This document shows, piece after piece, positions 42,524 to 52,107 of a stretch of 64,000 nucleotides of DNA. The translations under genes were made by a program, and so were the position numbers. The notes below the pieces were generated by a model. The model was not told the DNA's origin. It ran no database searches and saw nothing but the letters and a program-made list of their open reading frames with translations. Every line of letters starts with the position of its first letter. Position 1 is the stretch's first letter. The DNA is taken from the NCBI GenBank assembly GCA_963676615.1, contig OY781092.1, positions 384,001 through 448,000 on the forward strand, given 5' to 3'. Origin of the DNA: Candidatus Cloacimonadota bacterium. Its GTDB lineage: Bacteria; Cloacimonadota; Cloacimonadia; G963667145.

Positions 42524-42551
42524 TTGACACGGAAATGGCAATTTTTATTTA
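42524..42551 (+). promoter_or_regulatory. Candidate promoter for the tRNA pair
   Basis: TTGACA at 42524-42529, 16 nt, TATTTA. Confidence 0.5.
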
Positions 42552-42581
42552 AGCACTATAGTTGAAATGCATAACGAGAGT

Positions 42582-42656
42582 GGGCGTATAACTCAGCGGT
42601 AGAGTATCTGCCTTTTAAGCAGAGAGTCGATGGTTCAAATCCATCTACGCTCACCA
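42582..42656 (+). tRNA. tRNA-Lys (UUU)
   Basis: Acceptor GGGCGTA/TACGCTC, anticodon arm TCTGC-CTTTTAA-GCAGA, T-loop GGTTCAAATCC, encoded CCA. Confidence 0.95.
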
Positions 42657-42672
42657 TTTTTTAAAAAAAAGG

Positions 42673-42748
42673 GTCCCGTTCGTCTAGTGGCCTAGGACTC
42701 CAGGTTTTCATCCTGGCAACAGGGGTTCAATTCCCCTACGGGATGCCA
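42673..42748 (+). tRNA. tRNA-Glu (UUC)
   Basis: Acceptor GTCCCGT/ACGGGAT, anticodon arm CCAGG-TTTTCAT-CCTGG, T arm AGGGG-TTCAATT-CCCCT, encoded CCA. Confidence 0.95.
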
Positions 42749-42864
42749 TTTTTTTTGTAATAAATACCTTTTTTCGAGTTAACACTTGCGGGCAGGTATT
42801 TTTTTTTAGCTTAATATTTGTTAATAATTTGAAGGGAATTATCGAAAATTTTTGTGGAGGAATT

Positions 42865-43851
42865 ATGACGATAGAAGAGTTAAACAGCTGCGTGGCAGAG
42901 AGTTGCGTGAAGATAAATAATCTTGAGCAGGAGATCAAAAAAGTGATCGTCGGGCAAGATTATATGATAAAGCGGGTCTTGATTGGGCTTCTCACGGGCG
43001 GTCACATTTTGCTAGAGGGCGTTCCTGGACTTGCCAAAACTTTGGCGATTAGCACCACTGCCAAGGCGGTGAAAGCTTCTTTCTCCCGAATTCAATTTAC
43101 TCCCGATTTGCTGCCTGCGGATATTATGGGAACGATGATTTACAACCAAAAAACGGGGGAGTTCAATCCAAAATTGGGTCCAGTTTTTGCGAATTTTGTG
43201 CTTGCGGACGAGATAAACAGAGCGCCAGCCAAGGTGCAGGCGGCTTTGCTAGAGGCGATGCAAGAAAAACAGGTGACCATCGGCGATAGCACCTATAAAT
43301 TGGAAGCGCCTTTTTTGGTGATGGCCACGCAAAATCCGCTGGATCAAGAGGGAACTTATCCGCTTCCAGAGGCGCAGATGGACAGGTTTATGCTGAAGCT
43401 GAAAGTTGACTATCCGACCAAAGAGCAGGAGCGGCTTGTGCTGGAGCGGATGATTGGTCAGGAGATTTTGGAAGTTGCGCCAGTGATTTCGCCAGAGGAG
43501 CTACTGCAGATGAAGCAGATTGTCGGGCAGATTTACATCGAGCAAAAGGTGAAAGATTACATTTTGGACTTGGTGTTCGCCACCAGAGAGCCGCAAAATT
43601 ACGAAAATTTGAAAGATTTGCAAGATTTGATCGAATGCGGAGTTTCGCCTCGGGCGACGATAAATTTGGCTGTGGCAGCGCGGGCGCACGCATTTTTGAA
43701 CGGTCGCGGCTTTGTGACGCCAGACGATGTGAAAGCTATAGGAAAAGATGTTTTGCGGCATCGCCTGATTTTGTCATACGAAGCGGAAGCCGAGCAGATA
43801 ACGGTTGAGGATATTATCGCTAGAGTTTTTGGTGAAATTCAAGTTCCGTAA
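42865..43851 (+). CDS. moxR: MoxR-family AAA+ ATPase
   Basis: GVPGLAKT, RIQFTPDLLPADI, LADEINRA, ATQNP..EGTYPLPEAQMDRF; GGAGG RBS. Confidence 0.94.
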   Translation: MTIEELNSCVAESCVKINNLEQEIKKVIVGQDYMIKRVLIGLLTGGHILLEGVPGLAKTLAISTTAKAVKASFSRIQFTPDLLPADIMGTMIYNQKTGEFNPKLGPVFANFVLADEINRAPAKVQAALLEAMQEKQVTIGDSTYKLEAPFLVMATQNPLDQEGTYPLPEAQMDRFMLKLKVDYPTKEQERLVLERMIGQEILEVAPVISPEELLQMKQIVGQIYIEQKVKDYILDLVFATREPQNYENLKDLQDLIECGVSPRATINLAVAARAHAFLNGRGFVTPDDVKAIGKDVLRHRLILSYEAEAEQITVEDIIARVFGEIQVP

Positions 43852-43872
43852 AAAATAGTTTCTTTTTTTATT

Positions 43873-44748
43873 ATGGAAACCAAAGATATTCTCAAAAAAA
43901 TCCGCAAGATTGAGATTTCGACCAAAGATATTGTTGCCGACATTTTTGCAGGCGAATATCATAGCATTTTTAAGGGTCAAGGTCTTGAGTTTAGCGAGGT
44001 GCGGCAGTATCAGGACGGCGATAGTTTTCGGCAAATCGACTGGAATGTCTCGGCGAAAATGGACTACCCTTACATCAAAAAATTCGAGGAGACAAGGGAG
44101 CTAAACATCGTCTTTTTGGTCGATGGCTCTGCGTCAACTTTGTTCGGGACGCACTCCAATCTCAAGTCTGAATATATCACCGAGCTCACGGCAGTGCTTG
44201 CTTTTTCGGCACTTTCTAACAATGATAAAGTCGGTTTGATGCTTTTTTGCGATGGTGTCGAAGATTACATTCCTGCCAAAAAAGGCAAAAAGTCTATCTT
44301 GCGGATTTTGAGCAAAATTTTGCAATTTTCTCCAAAAAATAAGTCCACAAATCTTGGCGAGGCGATCAAATTTTTTATGCAAGTGACCAAAAAAAGGAGT
44401 GTTGTTTTTATCATTTCTGACTTTTTGGACGAAAACTTTTTGAAGCCTCTTTCGATTTTGTCGCAAAAGCACGATGTGGTGGCTTTGCGGGTTTTGGATC
44501 AAGCGGAGAAGGAGTTGCCGCGCGCAGGAATTTTGGATTTTTTCGATCCAGAGACTGGCGAAAATTTTGTGGTGAACAGTTTTATTGCCAAAAAGCGAAA
44601 ACTTTTTGCCGATTTGGTTGCGGAAAAAGAGCAGGAGCTAGACACGAGTTTCAAAAAAATCAAGGTCGATTTGCTGACGATGCTCACTAGCGAGTCGTAT
44701 ATCAAAGAGCTTATGAAATTTTTCAAAGAGAGGGCTAGGCGAAGATGA
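43873..44748 (+). CDS. DUF58 domain protein
   Basis: GQGLEFSEVRQYQDGD..RQIDWNV, FEETRE, IISDF; canonical position after moxR. Confidence 0.9.
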   Translation: METKDILKKIRKIEISTKDIVADIFAGEYHSIFKGQGLEFSEVRQYQDGDSFRQIDWNVSAKMDYPYIKKFEETRELNIVFLVDGSASTLFGTHSNLKSEYITELTAVLAFSALSNNDKVGLMLFCDGVEDYIPAKKGKKSILRILSKILQFSPKNKSTNLGEAIKFFMQVTKKRSVVFIISDFLDENFLKPLSILSQKHDVVALRVLDQAEKELPRAGILDFFDPETGENFVVNSFIAKKRKLFADLVAEKEQELDTSFKKIKVDLLTMLTSESYIKELMKFFKERARRR

Positions 44749-45671
44749 GCAAGAAATTCGTGACGATTTTTGGGATTTTTGCTTTTGGTGTCGCTCTTTT
44801 TGGCAATCAGCCTTGGCAGATAAAAGCTCCCGATTCTTTGCAAGTGGGGACGATTTTTTCTGCGGAGTTGCTTTTGCCCGGCGCCGATGCGGGAAGCAGT
44901 TTGGACGGACAGCCGCAGGTCGCCGTGCCTGTTTACGACACTTTGGAGGGTCTGTCGCTTTTGGGGCTGAAGCTTGTTCCTGCTGCCGATGGAGTAAAGT
45001 TGCAGCACCAGTTTATCTTCACTAGTGGTGGTTTGATCAGCTTGCCCGAGCTGCAGTTCGAGTATCAAGACGAAAATCAACAGCAGAAAAAAATCACCAG
45101 CCAGTCGTATCCTTTTGTGGTTCACTCGCTTTTGGACACGACGGTCAAGGATATCAGCGACATTAGGCCTCCGATTTCGGTGTTTTTGGGAGTGAAAGAT
45201 TACTTGGTTTTAGGCTTTTGTTTGCTGATTTTGGTGCTTCTTGGGAAATATTTACCGCATTTTTGGCGAAAAAAACAACAAAGTTTGGAAGAGCAAAGGG
45301 TTATCGATGATCGACCCGCGTGGCAAGTGGGTTTGGACTCTTTGGCAAGTGCGAAAAAGTTTTTGGACAAGGGTGAGCTTTTGGACTATTTTTTTGCACT
45401 TTCGTTTGCTTTGCGATTTTTTTTGGAGCGGTCGTATTCGATTTCGGCGACGCAAATGACTACCGACGAGTTGCGGGGAGTCGTGAGGTTGCCAAATATG
45501 AGCCAGCATAACAAGCTTTTCGAGATTTTTGCTTATGCCGATTTGGTGAAGTTCGCTAAATATGCAGGCGATATTTCGCTGGCAAGAGATTACTACGCTT
45601 GGGCGCACGAGCTTTTTTTGACTGCGAAAAAAGAGAGCCAGAGGCAAGAAAAGGAGCCAGGCGATGTTTAG
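44745..45671 (+). CDS. Bat-locus conserved membrane-anchored hypothetical protein
   Basis: Signal peptide, DISDIRPP before a single TM, QMTTDE, ADLVKFAK; between DUF58 and batA. Confidence 0.75.
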   Translation: MSKKFVTIFGIFAFGVALFGNQPWQIKAPDSLQVGTIFSAELLLPGADAGSSLDGQPQVAVPVYDTLEGLSLLGLKLVPAADGVKLQHQFIFTSGGLISLPELQFEYQDENQQQKKITSQSYPFVVHSLLDTTVKDISDIRPPISVFLGVKDYLVLGFCLLILVLLGKYLPHFWRKKQQSLEEQRVIDDRPAWQVGLDSLASAKKFLDKGELLDYFFALSFALRFFLERSYSISATQMTTDELRGVVRLPNMSQHNKLFEIFAYADLVKFAKYAGDISLARDYYAWAHELFLTAKKESQRQEKEPGDV

Positions 45672-46650
45672 AGATCCGCAATATTTGTGGGCGCTTTTGG
45701 TTTTGCTGCCAGTGCTTTTTTTTGAGTTTTTTTATCGTCGCCGCCACAAACGGAGGCTGCCTTATACGAGAATTAACCTGCTTAGGCAAGTTTATAAGAG
45801 GTCGTCTTTGTGGCGATTTTTGCCGCTGGCTTTGCGGATTTTGGCGATTGTGGCGCTTATTTTGGCGCTGGCTCGTCCTCGTTCTGCACGAAAAAAGACG
45901 AAAGTTACAGGCGAGGGCATCGATATTGTGCTGACGCTGGATGTTTCGGGCTCGATGCAGGCTGTGGATTTGAAGCCGACCAACCGTTTGCAGGCGGCTA
46001 AAAAGGTGGCTGAGAACTTTTTGTCAAAGAGGAAGAACGACAAAATCGGCTTGGTAACTTTTTCCGATTATGCCTTCACTGCTTGCCCGCTCACCCTAGA
46101 TTATGCGCTCTTGTCGCAAATTATTCAAAATTTACAAATCGACAAATCGGCGCAAGGAACGGCTATCGGGCTTGGTTTAGCCACCGCCGTGGGACGCCTG
46201 CGAGACAGCAAAGGCAAATCGAAAGTGATAATTTTGATCACAGACGGCAGGAACAATGCGGGCGATATTAGCCCCGTGGAAGCCGCCGAACTGGCTGCCA
46301 CTTATGGGATTAAGGTGTATCCGATAGGCATCGGCAAAGAGGGTTTGGTCGATTATCCGTATCAAAATATGTTTGGGCAGACGGTTTATCAGAAGGTGGA
46401 TATTCCCATCGATATGGCGACTTTGGACGAGATTGCCAAAATCACGGGGACGACAATCGCTAGACGAGCGCAGAGCACCAAAGAGCTGGAGCAGATTTTC
46501 GCTCGCATCGACAAATTGGAAAAGTCGAAGTATGAGATCAAAAATTATTACGAATACAAAGAAAAATTTTGGATATTTTTAGGACTGGCTTTTTTGTTTA
46601 TGTTGCTGGAGTTCGTTTTGCGAGTGCCGCTAAAAATTTTTCTGCCGTAG
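45664..46650 (+). CDS. batA: BatA VWA-domain protein
   Basis: N-terminal TMs, LALARP, MIDAS DVSGSM, PLTLD, GTAIG, ITDGRNNAG. Confidence 0.9.
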   Translation: MFRDPQYLWALLVLLPVLFFEFFYRRRHKRRLPYTRINLLRQVYKRSSLWRFLPLALRILAIVALILALARPRSARKKTKVTGEGIDIVLTLDVSGSMQAVDLKPTNRLQAAKKVAENFLSKRKNDKIGLVTFSDYAFTACPLTLDYALLSQIIQNLQIDKSAQGTAIGLGLATAVGRLRDSKGKSKVIILITDGRNNAGDISPVEAAELAATYGIKVYPIGIGKEGLVDYPYQNMFGQTVYQKVDIPIDMATLDEIAKITGTTIARRAQSTKELEQIFARIDKLEKSKYEIKNYYEYKEKFWIFLGLAFLFMLLEFVLRVPLKIFLP

Positions 46651-46677
46651 AAAAATTATGAAAGATGAGATTTTGTT

Positions 46678-47682
46678 ATGAAGTTTGAGTATCAATATTT
46701 TTTGTTTTTGCTGGCGCTTTTGCCGATTTTTGGCTTGCTGGTTGTTTTCAGCAAAAAAATATTTTTGCGTTATTTCCGCGAGTTTGCCCAAGAAAAATTT
46801 TGCTCCTACTATCTGAAAGACAGGTTTAACTACATCTGGAAAATCAAAAATCTTTTGTTTTTGGTGTCGTTCTTTTTTTTGATAATCGCGTTGGCTGCGC
46901 CAAAATGGGACAGACAGACCGAAAAAATTGAGCAAGAGGGCGTGGATATTGCCATTTGTGTGGATGTCAGCAAAAGTATGAACGCTTCAGACATTTCGCC
47001 TTCACGCCTTGCACGAGCCAAAGATTTAATCAACCTTTTTGTCGATCAGTTGCCGGGCGACAGGGTCTCGCTCATTCCGTTTGCGGGAGTTGCCAAAATT
47101 CAGTGTCCGCTGACGAACGACTATTCGACTTTTAGGCTGTTTGTGGAGCTGCTGAACACCAATTTGATAAAAAAATATGGGACGAATATTGCCGACGCTT
47201 TGCAAAAGGCGAGCACGGTTTTGACGGGCAAGCAGAAGATTGTGCTGCTGATTTCCGACGGCGAAAATCTTGCGGGGAATGTCGCCGATATTGCCAAAAC
47301 GCTCAAGGCGCAAGGCATCCGTGTCTATTGCGTGGGCGTTGGCACGCCGCTGGGCAGTGCGGTGATCGATCAAAATTCTGGCGGTAAGTATATCAAGGAC
47401 GACAAGGGGAACATCGTGCAGTCGAAGCTGGATATGACGACTTTGGCGACTTTGGCGGAAGCCACGGGCGGTCGTGCTTATTCGATTACGCCAAATCAGT
47501 CGGAAATTTACACGATTTTGAACGACATAAACAAGCTCGAAAAGAGTAAGTTCGCCAACAAATTGCACACGGTTTATAAGCATCAATATTTCTATTTTGC
47601 TTTTTTGGCGCTTTTGTTTTTGCTGGTGGAGTTTTTCGTTTTTCGCTGTCCAACGCTCAATAAAGATAGGTTTTTGAATTGA
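46678..47682 (+). CDS. batB: BatB VWA-domain protein
   Basis: ALAAPKW, MIDAS DVSKSM, PSRL.RAK, PLTNDY, ISDGE. Confidence 0.88.
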   Translation: MKFEYQYFLFLLALLPIFGLLVVFSKKIFLRYFREFAQEKFCSYYLKDRFNYIWKIKNLLFLVSFFFLIIALAAPKWDRQTEKIEQEGVDIAICVDVSKSMNASDISPSRLARAKDLINLFVDQLPGDRVSLIPFAGVAKIQCPLTNDYSTFRLFVELLNTNLIKKYGTNIADALQKASTVLTGKQKIVLLISDGENLAGNVADIAKTLKAQGIRVYCVGVGTPLGSAVIDQNSGGKYIKDDKGNIVQSKLDMTTLATLAEATGGRAYSITPNQSEIYTILNDINKLEKSKFANKLHTVYKHQYFYFAFLALLFLLVEFFVFRCPTLNKDRFLN

Positions 47683-47684
47683 TT

Positions 47685-48551
47685 ATGAAAAAAAAAATAG
47701 CTGTAATTTTACTTTTTTCTTTTGGATTGCTTTTCGGTTTGGATTTTGACAAAGTTTATCATAACTATTTGGGAAAGCGCGATTTCGAGAAACAAAATTT
47801 TAAGTCTGCTCAGGAAAATTTTGCCAAAAGTTTGCTCGATGGTTCGCCAAAAAACGGCGTTGCGCATTTTAATTTGGGCGATAGTTATTACAAAAATGAA
47901 GATTACGACAAGGCGATTGCGGAGTATAGCGCCGCTTTGCTGGACAAAGATTTTGCGCAAAAATCTTTTGCGAACCAAAATATTGGAAACGCTTTTTTTA
48001 AAAAGGGCGATTTTGAGAAGGCGAAGAAGGCGTATATTCAGGCAATTCGGCAAGACCCGAACAACTATCAGGCGCGGCTGAATTTGGAGATTGCCCAAAA
48101 GATGCAACAAGAGCAGCAAAAGCAGCAGCATAATTCGGAACAGAATCAGGACAAACAGCAGCAGGATAAGCAGCAAAAGCAAGATAAGAGCGGCGACAAG
48201 CAAAATAAGGAGCAGCAAAAGGGTCAGCAGAAGGAAAGTCCGCAAAATCAAGAGAAAAATCAGCAGCAAAAAGACGGGCAGGAAAAAGATTCCCAAAAGA
48301 AGCAAAACGAGCAGCAGAAGTCTGGCGAAAAAAAAGATGAGAAAAAGCAAGACGAATTGCAGCAAAAAGAAGATTTGAAACAGGACGAAAAGCAGGAGAA
48401 AAATCAGCAAGAGAAGGCGAAAAAACGGGAGTCGATTAAAAAAAAGATGGCGGATAAAAAAATCGATAAGATTTTGAATAAGGAAAAGATGTTGCGGTTG
48501 GAGCGGTCGAAGCAAAAAGGAGAGGTGCCAGCGAATGGGAAATATTGGTAA
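47685..48551 (+). CDS. batC: BatC TPR protein with Q/K/E/D-rich tail
   Basis: TPR motifs (FNLGDSYY, NIGNAFF, ARLNL), low-complexity segment, C-terminal Trp. Confidence 0.85.
   Translation: MKKKIAVILLFSFGLLFGLDFDKVYHNYLGKRDFEKQNFKSAQENFAKSLLDGSPKNGVAHFNLGDSYYKNEDYDKAIAEYSAALLDKDFAQKSFANQNIGNAFFKKGDFEKAKKAYIQAIRQDPNNYQARLNLEIAQKMQQEQQKQQHNSEQNQDKQQQDKQQKQDKSGDKQNKEQQKGQQKESPQNQEKNQQQKDGQEKDSQKKQNEQQKSGEKKDEKKQDELQQKEDLKQDEKQEKNQQEKAKKRESIKKKMADKKIDKILNKEKMLRLERSKQKGEVPANGKYW
48110..48420 (+). repeat. Low-complexity purine-rich coding tract (Gln/Lys/Glu/Asp) inside batC
   Basis: Imperfect CAG/CAA/AAG/GAG runs; no fixed-period DNA repeat. Confidence 0.7.
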
Positions 48552-50238
48552 GAAGTGGCTTGCGATTTTCGTTTTTAGTTGCGGGTTTGCGTGGCTTTTT
48601 GGCAACGATTTTAGCGCGAGTGTGGATCGCACGAGTTTGTCTATTCACGAGGAGCTGGTGCTGACTTTGCAGGTGGTGGAGACGGACAAAGATATGCCAG
48701 AGCCGTCGCTTTCGAATTTGGCTGGTTTCAAGGTTATCGGCAAATCGAACTACACTTCTACGAGCTATCGGCTGGTGAACGGCGAGAGTTCAAAAAATAA
48801 GACGATTAGTTATAAATACACTTTGATGCCGACGAAAGTGGGCACGCTGAGCATTCCTGCGCAAAAGTTGGTGGCTGGGGCAGAGATTTATACGACCAAG
48901 CCGATTAAAATCACGGTGACCAAAAATCCAGCGAAGGCGACCAAGTCCAACAGTTCGCCGCTTTATATCAAGACGAATTTGAGCAAAAAGTCTGCTTATG
49001 TGGGCGAGAAAATTTTGATTAGCTATTTCGTTTACACGCGCTATAATGTTTCTGGGCTGCGGAAAGTGACTGACCCGGTTTTTGATGGATTTTGGAGCAA
49101 GCAAACTTTTGCGGCAAACCAGGTGAACTTTACGCAAAACATCGTCAACGGCGTGATTTATGGGAAAATGCACCTCGCCTCGTATCAGCTTTCTCCGCAA
49201 AAAGCGGGCAAGTTGGAGATTACGCCGATGGTTTTGACGGCGTCTGTGCGTGTGGATGGCGACGATTTTTTCAGCTTTGGCAGAACCAAAGATTATCGTT
49301 TGGTGAGTCAGCCGCAGGAGGTTGTCGTCAAAAATTTGCCAGCTGGACCAGCCGATTTTGCGGGCTCCATCGGAGAGTTTGAGGTGAGCTCGTCTGTTAG
49401 TTCCACCAGCGTAGATGCTGGCGACGCAATAACTTACACGATTAAAGTTACTGGAAATGGCAATTTTGTGGACGATTTCCCAGAGTTCGCCCGAAACGAA
49501 AATTGCCGCTTTGCTGCGCCAGAGATAACCAGCAAAGAGGGGCTGAACCAAGCCAAATATATGGTCATCGCCAAAAAAGTGGGGAGCTTTACCATTCCAT
49601 CGACAACTTTTTGGTTTTTTTCGCCTGAAACTGGAAAATACAAAAAACTGACCACGAAGCAGATCCGAATTAAAGTTCGTGAAAATAAAGAAAACTTCGC
49701 TCAGTTTCAGTCTGGCGCAGGAGCAACGACTGTGAAAAAAAGCGGCGAGGATATCGATTTTATCGTCACAAATCCGAAATTGACCAAGGAAAATATCTGG
49801 TTGAGCGACTATCGTTATTGGCTGGCTTGTATTTTGGTGGTTTTATTTTCTGTGATTTTTGCTAAAATTTTGCAGGTGAAAAGAGCGAAAAATTTTGACC
49901 AAAGTTATCTGAGACGAAAAAGTTCCGAAAAGATTTTCAAAAAATATATCAAAGATGCGGCAAAATTGGCAAACGCTAACAGTTTAGAGTTTTATCCTGC
50001 TGCTCACAAAGGACTTATGCACTATCTGCGGGATATGTTGTCGCTGGATAAATCGGTGACGAGCCAAGAGATTTACGATGTTTTGGCAGAAAATGGCGTC
50101 GAAGCGGAGCTGCTTGCTCGGGTGAAAGATTTGAATACGAAGTTTGAGCAGGCGCGGTTTATGCCTGGGGCGATGACGAATATCAAAGAAGATTATCGAA
50201 AATTGGTTGAGCTTCTGAAAAAGTTGGGCAAGGTTTGA
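48535..50238 (+). CDS. batD: BatD family protein
   Basis: Signal peptide, ASVDRT, AYVGEKI, FAGSIGEF, C-terminal TM; follows batC. Confidence 0.85.
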   Translation: MGNIGKKWLAIFVFSCGFAWLFGNDFSASVDRTSLSIHEELVLTLQVVETDKDMPEPSLSNLAGFKVIGKSNYTSTSYRLVNGESSKNKTISYKYTLMPTKVGTLSIPAQKLVAGAEIYTTKPIKITVTKNPAKATKSNSSPLYIKTNLSKKSAYVGEKILISYFVYTRYNVSGLRKVTDPVFDGFWSKQTFAANQVNFTQNIVNGVIYGKMHLASYQLSPQKAGKLEITPMVLTASVRVDGDDFFSFGRTKDYRLVSQPQEVVVKNLPAGPADFAGSIGEFEVSSSVSSTSVDAGDAITYTIKVTGNGNFVDDFPEFARNENCRFAAPEITSKEGLNQAKYMVIAKKVGSFTIPSTTFWFFSPETGKYKKLTTKQIRIKVRENKENFAQFQSGAGATTVKKSGEDIDFIVTNPKLTKENIWLSDYRYWLACILVVLFSVIFAKILQVKRAKNFDQSYLRRKSSEKIFKKYIKDAAKLANANSLEFYPAAHKGLMHYLRDMLSLDKSVTSQEIYDVLAENGVEAELLARVKDLNTKFEQARFMPGAMTNIKEDYRKLVELLKKLGKV

Positions 50239-51476
50239 GCTATTTTTTGATAAGCCTTGGCTGCCCCAAAAATTTGGTGGATAGCGAAAGGTTCAAGGCG
50301 ATTTTGGAAAACGGCGGTCAAACTTCAGTCCAAGCGCTGGAAGATGCCGATTTTGTGATTGTCAACACTTGCGCCTTCATCAATTCCGCCAAAGAGGAAG
50401 CTATTCAGACGATTTTGCAGGCGAGCGCTGATAAAAAAAAGTCGGCAAAACTTATCGTTACGGGGTGTTTTGTGCGGCGCTATAAAGCGGAGCTGCAGCG
50501 TGAAATTCCCGAGATAGATTTTTTGGTCGATTTAAAAGATTTTGCCGAGTTTGCCAAGATTTTGGCGACGGCGCCAGTGGAGCAGCGGGCGTTGCTCACG
50601 CCAAAGCATTACGCATATTTGCGGATAAGTGACGGTTGCGACAACTTTTGTAGCTATTGCGCGATTCCGTATATTCGGGGAAAATTCACCAGCAGAAGCG
50701 TTGAAGATTTGCTGGCAGAGGCGGAAGTTTTGGCGAAGATGGGCGTCAAGGAGCTGATTGTCACGGCTCAAGATATCTGCTTGTATGGCAAAGACTTATA
50801 TGGGCAGGTGCGACTTTTGGAGCTTTTGGAAAAACTTTGCGCTGTTCAGGGAATCGAGTGGATTAGGCTTTTGTATCTGCATCCTGACCATTTGCGCAAG
50901 GAGTTTATCGATTTCATTTTTGCTCAGCCCAAAATTTGCAACTATTTTGAAGTGCCGTTTCAGCACGCTAGCGACAAGATTTTGCGGGCGATGAATCGCA
51001 AAAAAGGGAAGGACGAAATTCAGAAATTGCTGGACTATATTCGCTCTTTTTCGCAAGAAAAGGCGGTTCGGACGACTTTTATCACGGGTTTCCCAGGAGA
51101 AAGTGAGCAAGATTTTGTGACGCTAAAAGATTTTGTCCAAAAAAATAGCTTCGATAAGATGGGCGTGTTCGCTTATTCCAAAGAGGAAGGCACGGCTGCT
51201 TTCGATTTTTGCAAAGAAGTGGACGCCGAGCTGGCAGCCGAGCGAGCCGATATTTTGATGAGCGAGCAGATTGATATCTCTCGTGCGAACCTGAAAAGGT
51301 TTGTTGGGCAAGAGCTAGAGGTGATTTTGGACGAGAAAAATATCGCTCGTAGCAAGTTCGATGCTCCCGAAATCGATGGCGTTGTCTATCTGGACGATGA
51401 GCGTGAAGTTGGCTCGATCCAAAAAGTCAAAATTGTTGATAGCTTTGAATACGACTTGGTTGGTGAGCTGGTTTAG
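50235..51476 (+). CDS. rimO: Ribosomal protein S12 methylthiotransferase
   Basis: SLGCPKNLVDSE, NTCAFI..AKEE, radical-SAM CDNFCSYC, APEIDG, YDL; TTG start overlaps the batD stop. Confidence 0.93.
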   Translation: MSYFLISLGCPKNLVDSERFKAILENGGQTSVQALEDADFVIVNTCAFINSAKEEAIQTILQASADKKKSAKLIVTGCFVRRYKAELQREIPEIDFLVDLKDFAEFAKILATAPVEQRALLTPKHYAYLRISDGCDNFCSYCAIPYIRGKFTSRSVEDLLAEAEVLAKMGVKELIVTAQDICLYGKDLYGQVRLLELLEKLCAVQGIEWIRLLYLHPDHLRKEFIDFIFAQPKICNYFEVPFQHASDKILRAMNRKKGKDEIQKLLDYIRSFSQEKAVRTTFITGFPGESEQDFVTLKDFVQKNSFDKMGVFAYSKEEGTAAFDFCKEVDAELAAERADILMSEQIDISRANLKRFVGQELEVILDEKNIARSKFDAPEIDGVVYLDDEREVGSIQKVKIVDSFEYDLVGELV

Positions 51477-51511
51477 AAGTTTTAGCACTCTTTTTTATTT
51501 TTCAAAAAAAC

Positions 51512-51535
51512 CTTGACCGAAGAAATATGGTCAAG
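51512..51535 (+). promoter_or_regulatory. Inverted repeat, probable operator/promoter of the TA pair
   Basis: CTTGACC-N10-GGTCAAG; left arm contains a -35-like TTGACC. Confidence 0.55.
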
Positions 51536-51570
51536 AATATGCGAAAAGTATGTATTTTTAGGGAGAGAAA

Positions 51571-51786
51571 ATGGATGCCAAAAAATTGACTGTGACTTTG
51601 CCCGCAGAAACAGCTGAGGAGTTGACTATTTTCGCGCGTGAGCTTAGCGAGAAAAAAAGTCGGATTGTTGCGGAAGCTTTGACTCTTTATTTTGACATAA
51701 AAGATTCTGAATTGGCAGAAATCAGATTGAAAAATAGAGAGGAAACCTACACTCTAGAGGAGATTGAGCGAGAATTAAATCTATGA
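51571..51786 (+). CDS. Type II antitoxin (ribbon-helix-helix, RelB-like)
   Basis: 71 aa, LTVTLP N-terminal strand, acidic YTLEEIEREL tail, ATGA overlap with the toxin. Confidence 0.8.
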   Translation: MDAKKLTVTLPAETAEELTIFARELSEKKSRIVAEALTLYFDIKDSELAEIRLKNREETYTLEEIERELNL

Positions 51787-52046
51787 AATACAAAATTGTT
51801 TTCATAAAAAAAGCCAGAAAAGAGCTTTTGAAAATAGATTTGGTTTGGCAAAAGCGGATTGTGGATAAGTTAAAATTGTTGGCGGAAAATCCAGCTTTGG
51901 TGGCTGGGAGTGTAAAAAGGCTTATTGGCAAAGGCAGCGAAAAATATCGGCTTAGAGTTGGTAATTATCGAGTGATTTATGTCAAAGAGGACGATTTTTT
52001 TGTGATAACGATAGTTCGAATTGCCCATCGGAAAGAGGTTTACTAA
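51783..52046 (+). CDS. relE: RelE/ParE-family toxin
   Basis: 87 aa basic, ARKELLK, YRLRVGNYRVIY, IAHRKEVY. Confidence 0.9.
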   Translation: MKYKIVFIKKARKELLKIDLVWQKRIVDKLKLLAENPALVAGSVKRLIGKGSEKYRLRVGNYRVIYVKEDDFFVITIVRIAHRKEVY

Positions 52047-52054
52047 ATTTTTGC

Positions 52055-52098
52055 AAAAAAACAAGAGCAGTATCGCCAAAAACGACACTGCTCTTTTT
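52055..52098. terminator. Probable bidirectional terminator between convergent relE and the Mo-subunit gene
   Basis: AAGAGCAGTATCG/CGACACTGCTCTT stem with an A-rich run on the left and a T run on the right. Confidence 0.75.
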
Positions 52099-52107
52099 AT
52101 GTGGTTT

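Noticed and set aside
42582..42864. tRNA pair as an integration site for a genomic island
   Set aside because: No integrase and no duplicated tRNA 3' end noticed; flanking genes are housekeeping
42708..42938. 76-aa minus-strand ORF ending MASRRGIEPLLPG
   Set aside because: Antisense translation of tRNA-Glu and the moxR start
48110..48420. Possible tandem repeat or CRISPR-like array
   Set aside because: No constant repeat unit or spacers; it is the usual low-complexity BatC linker
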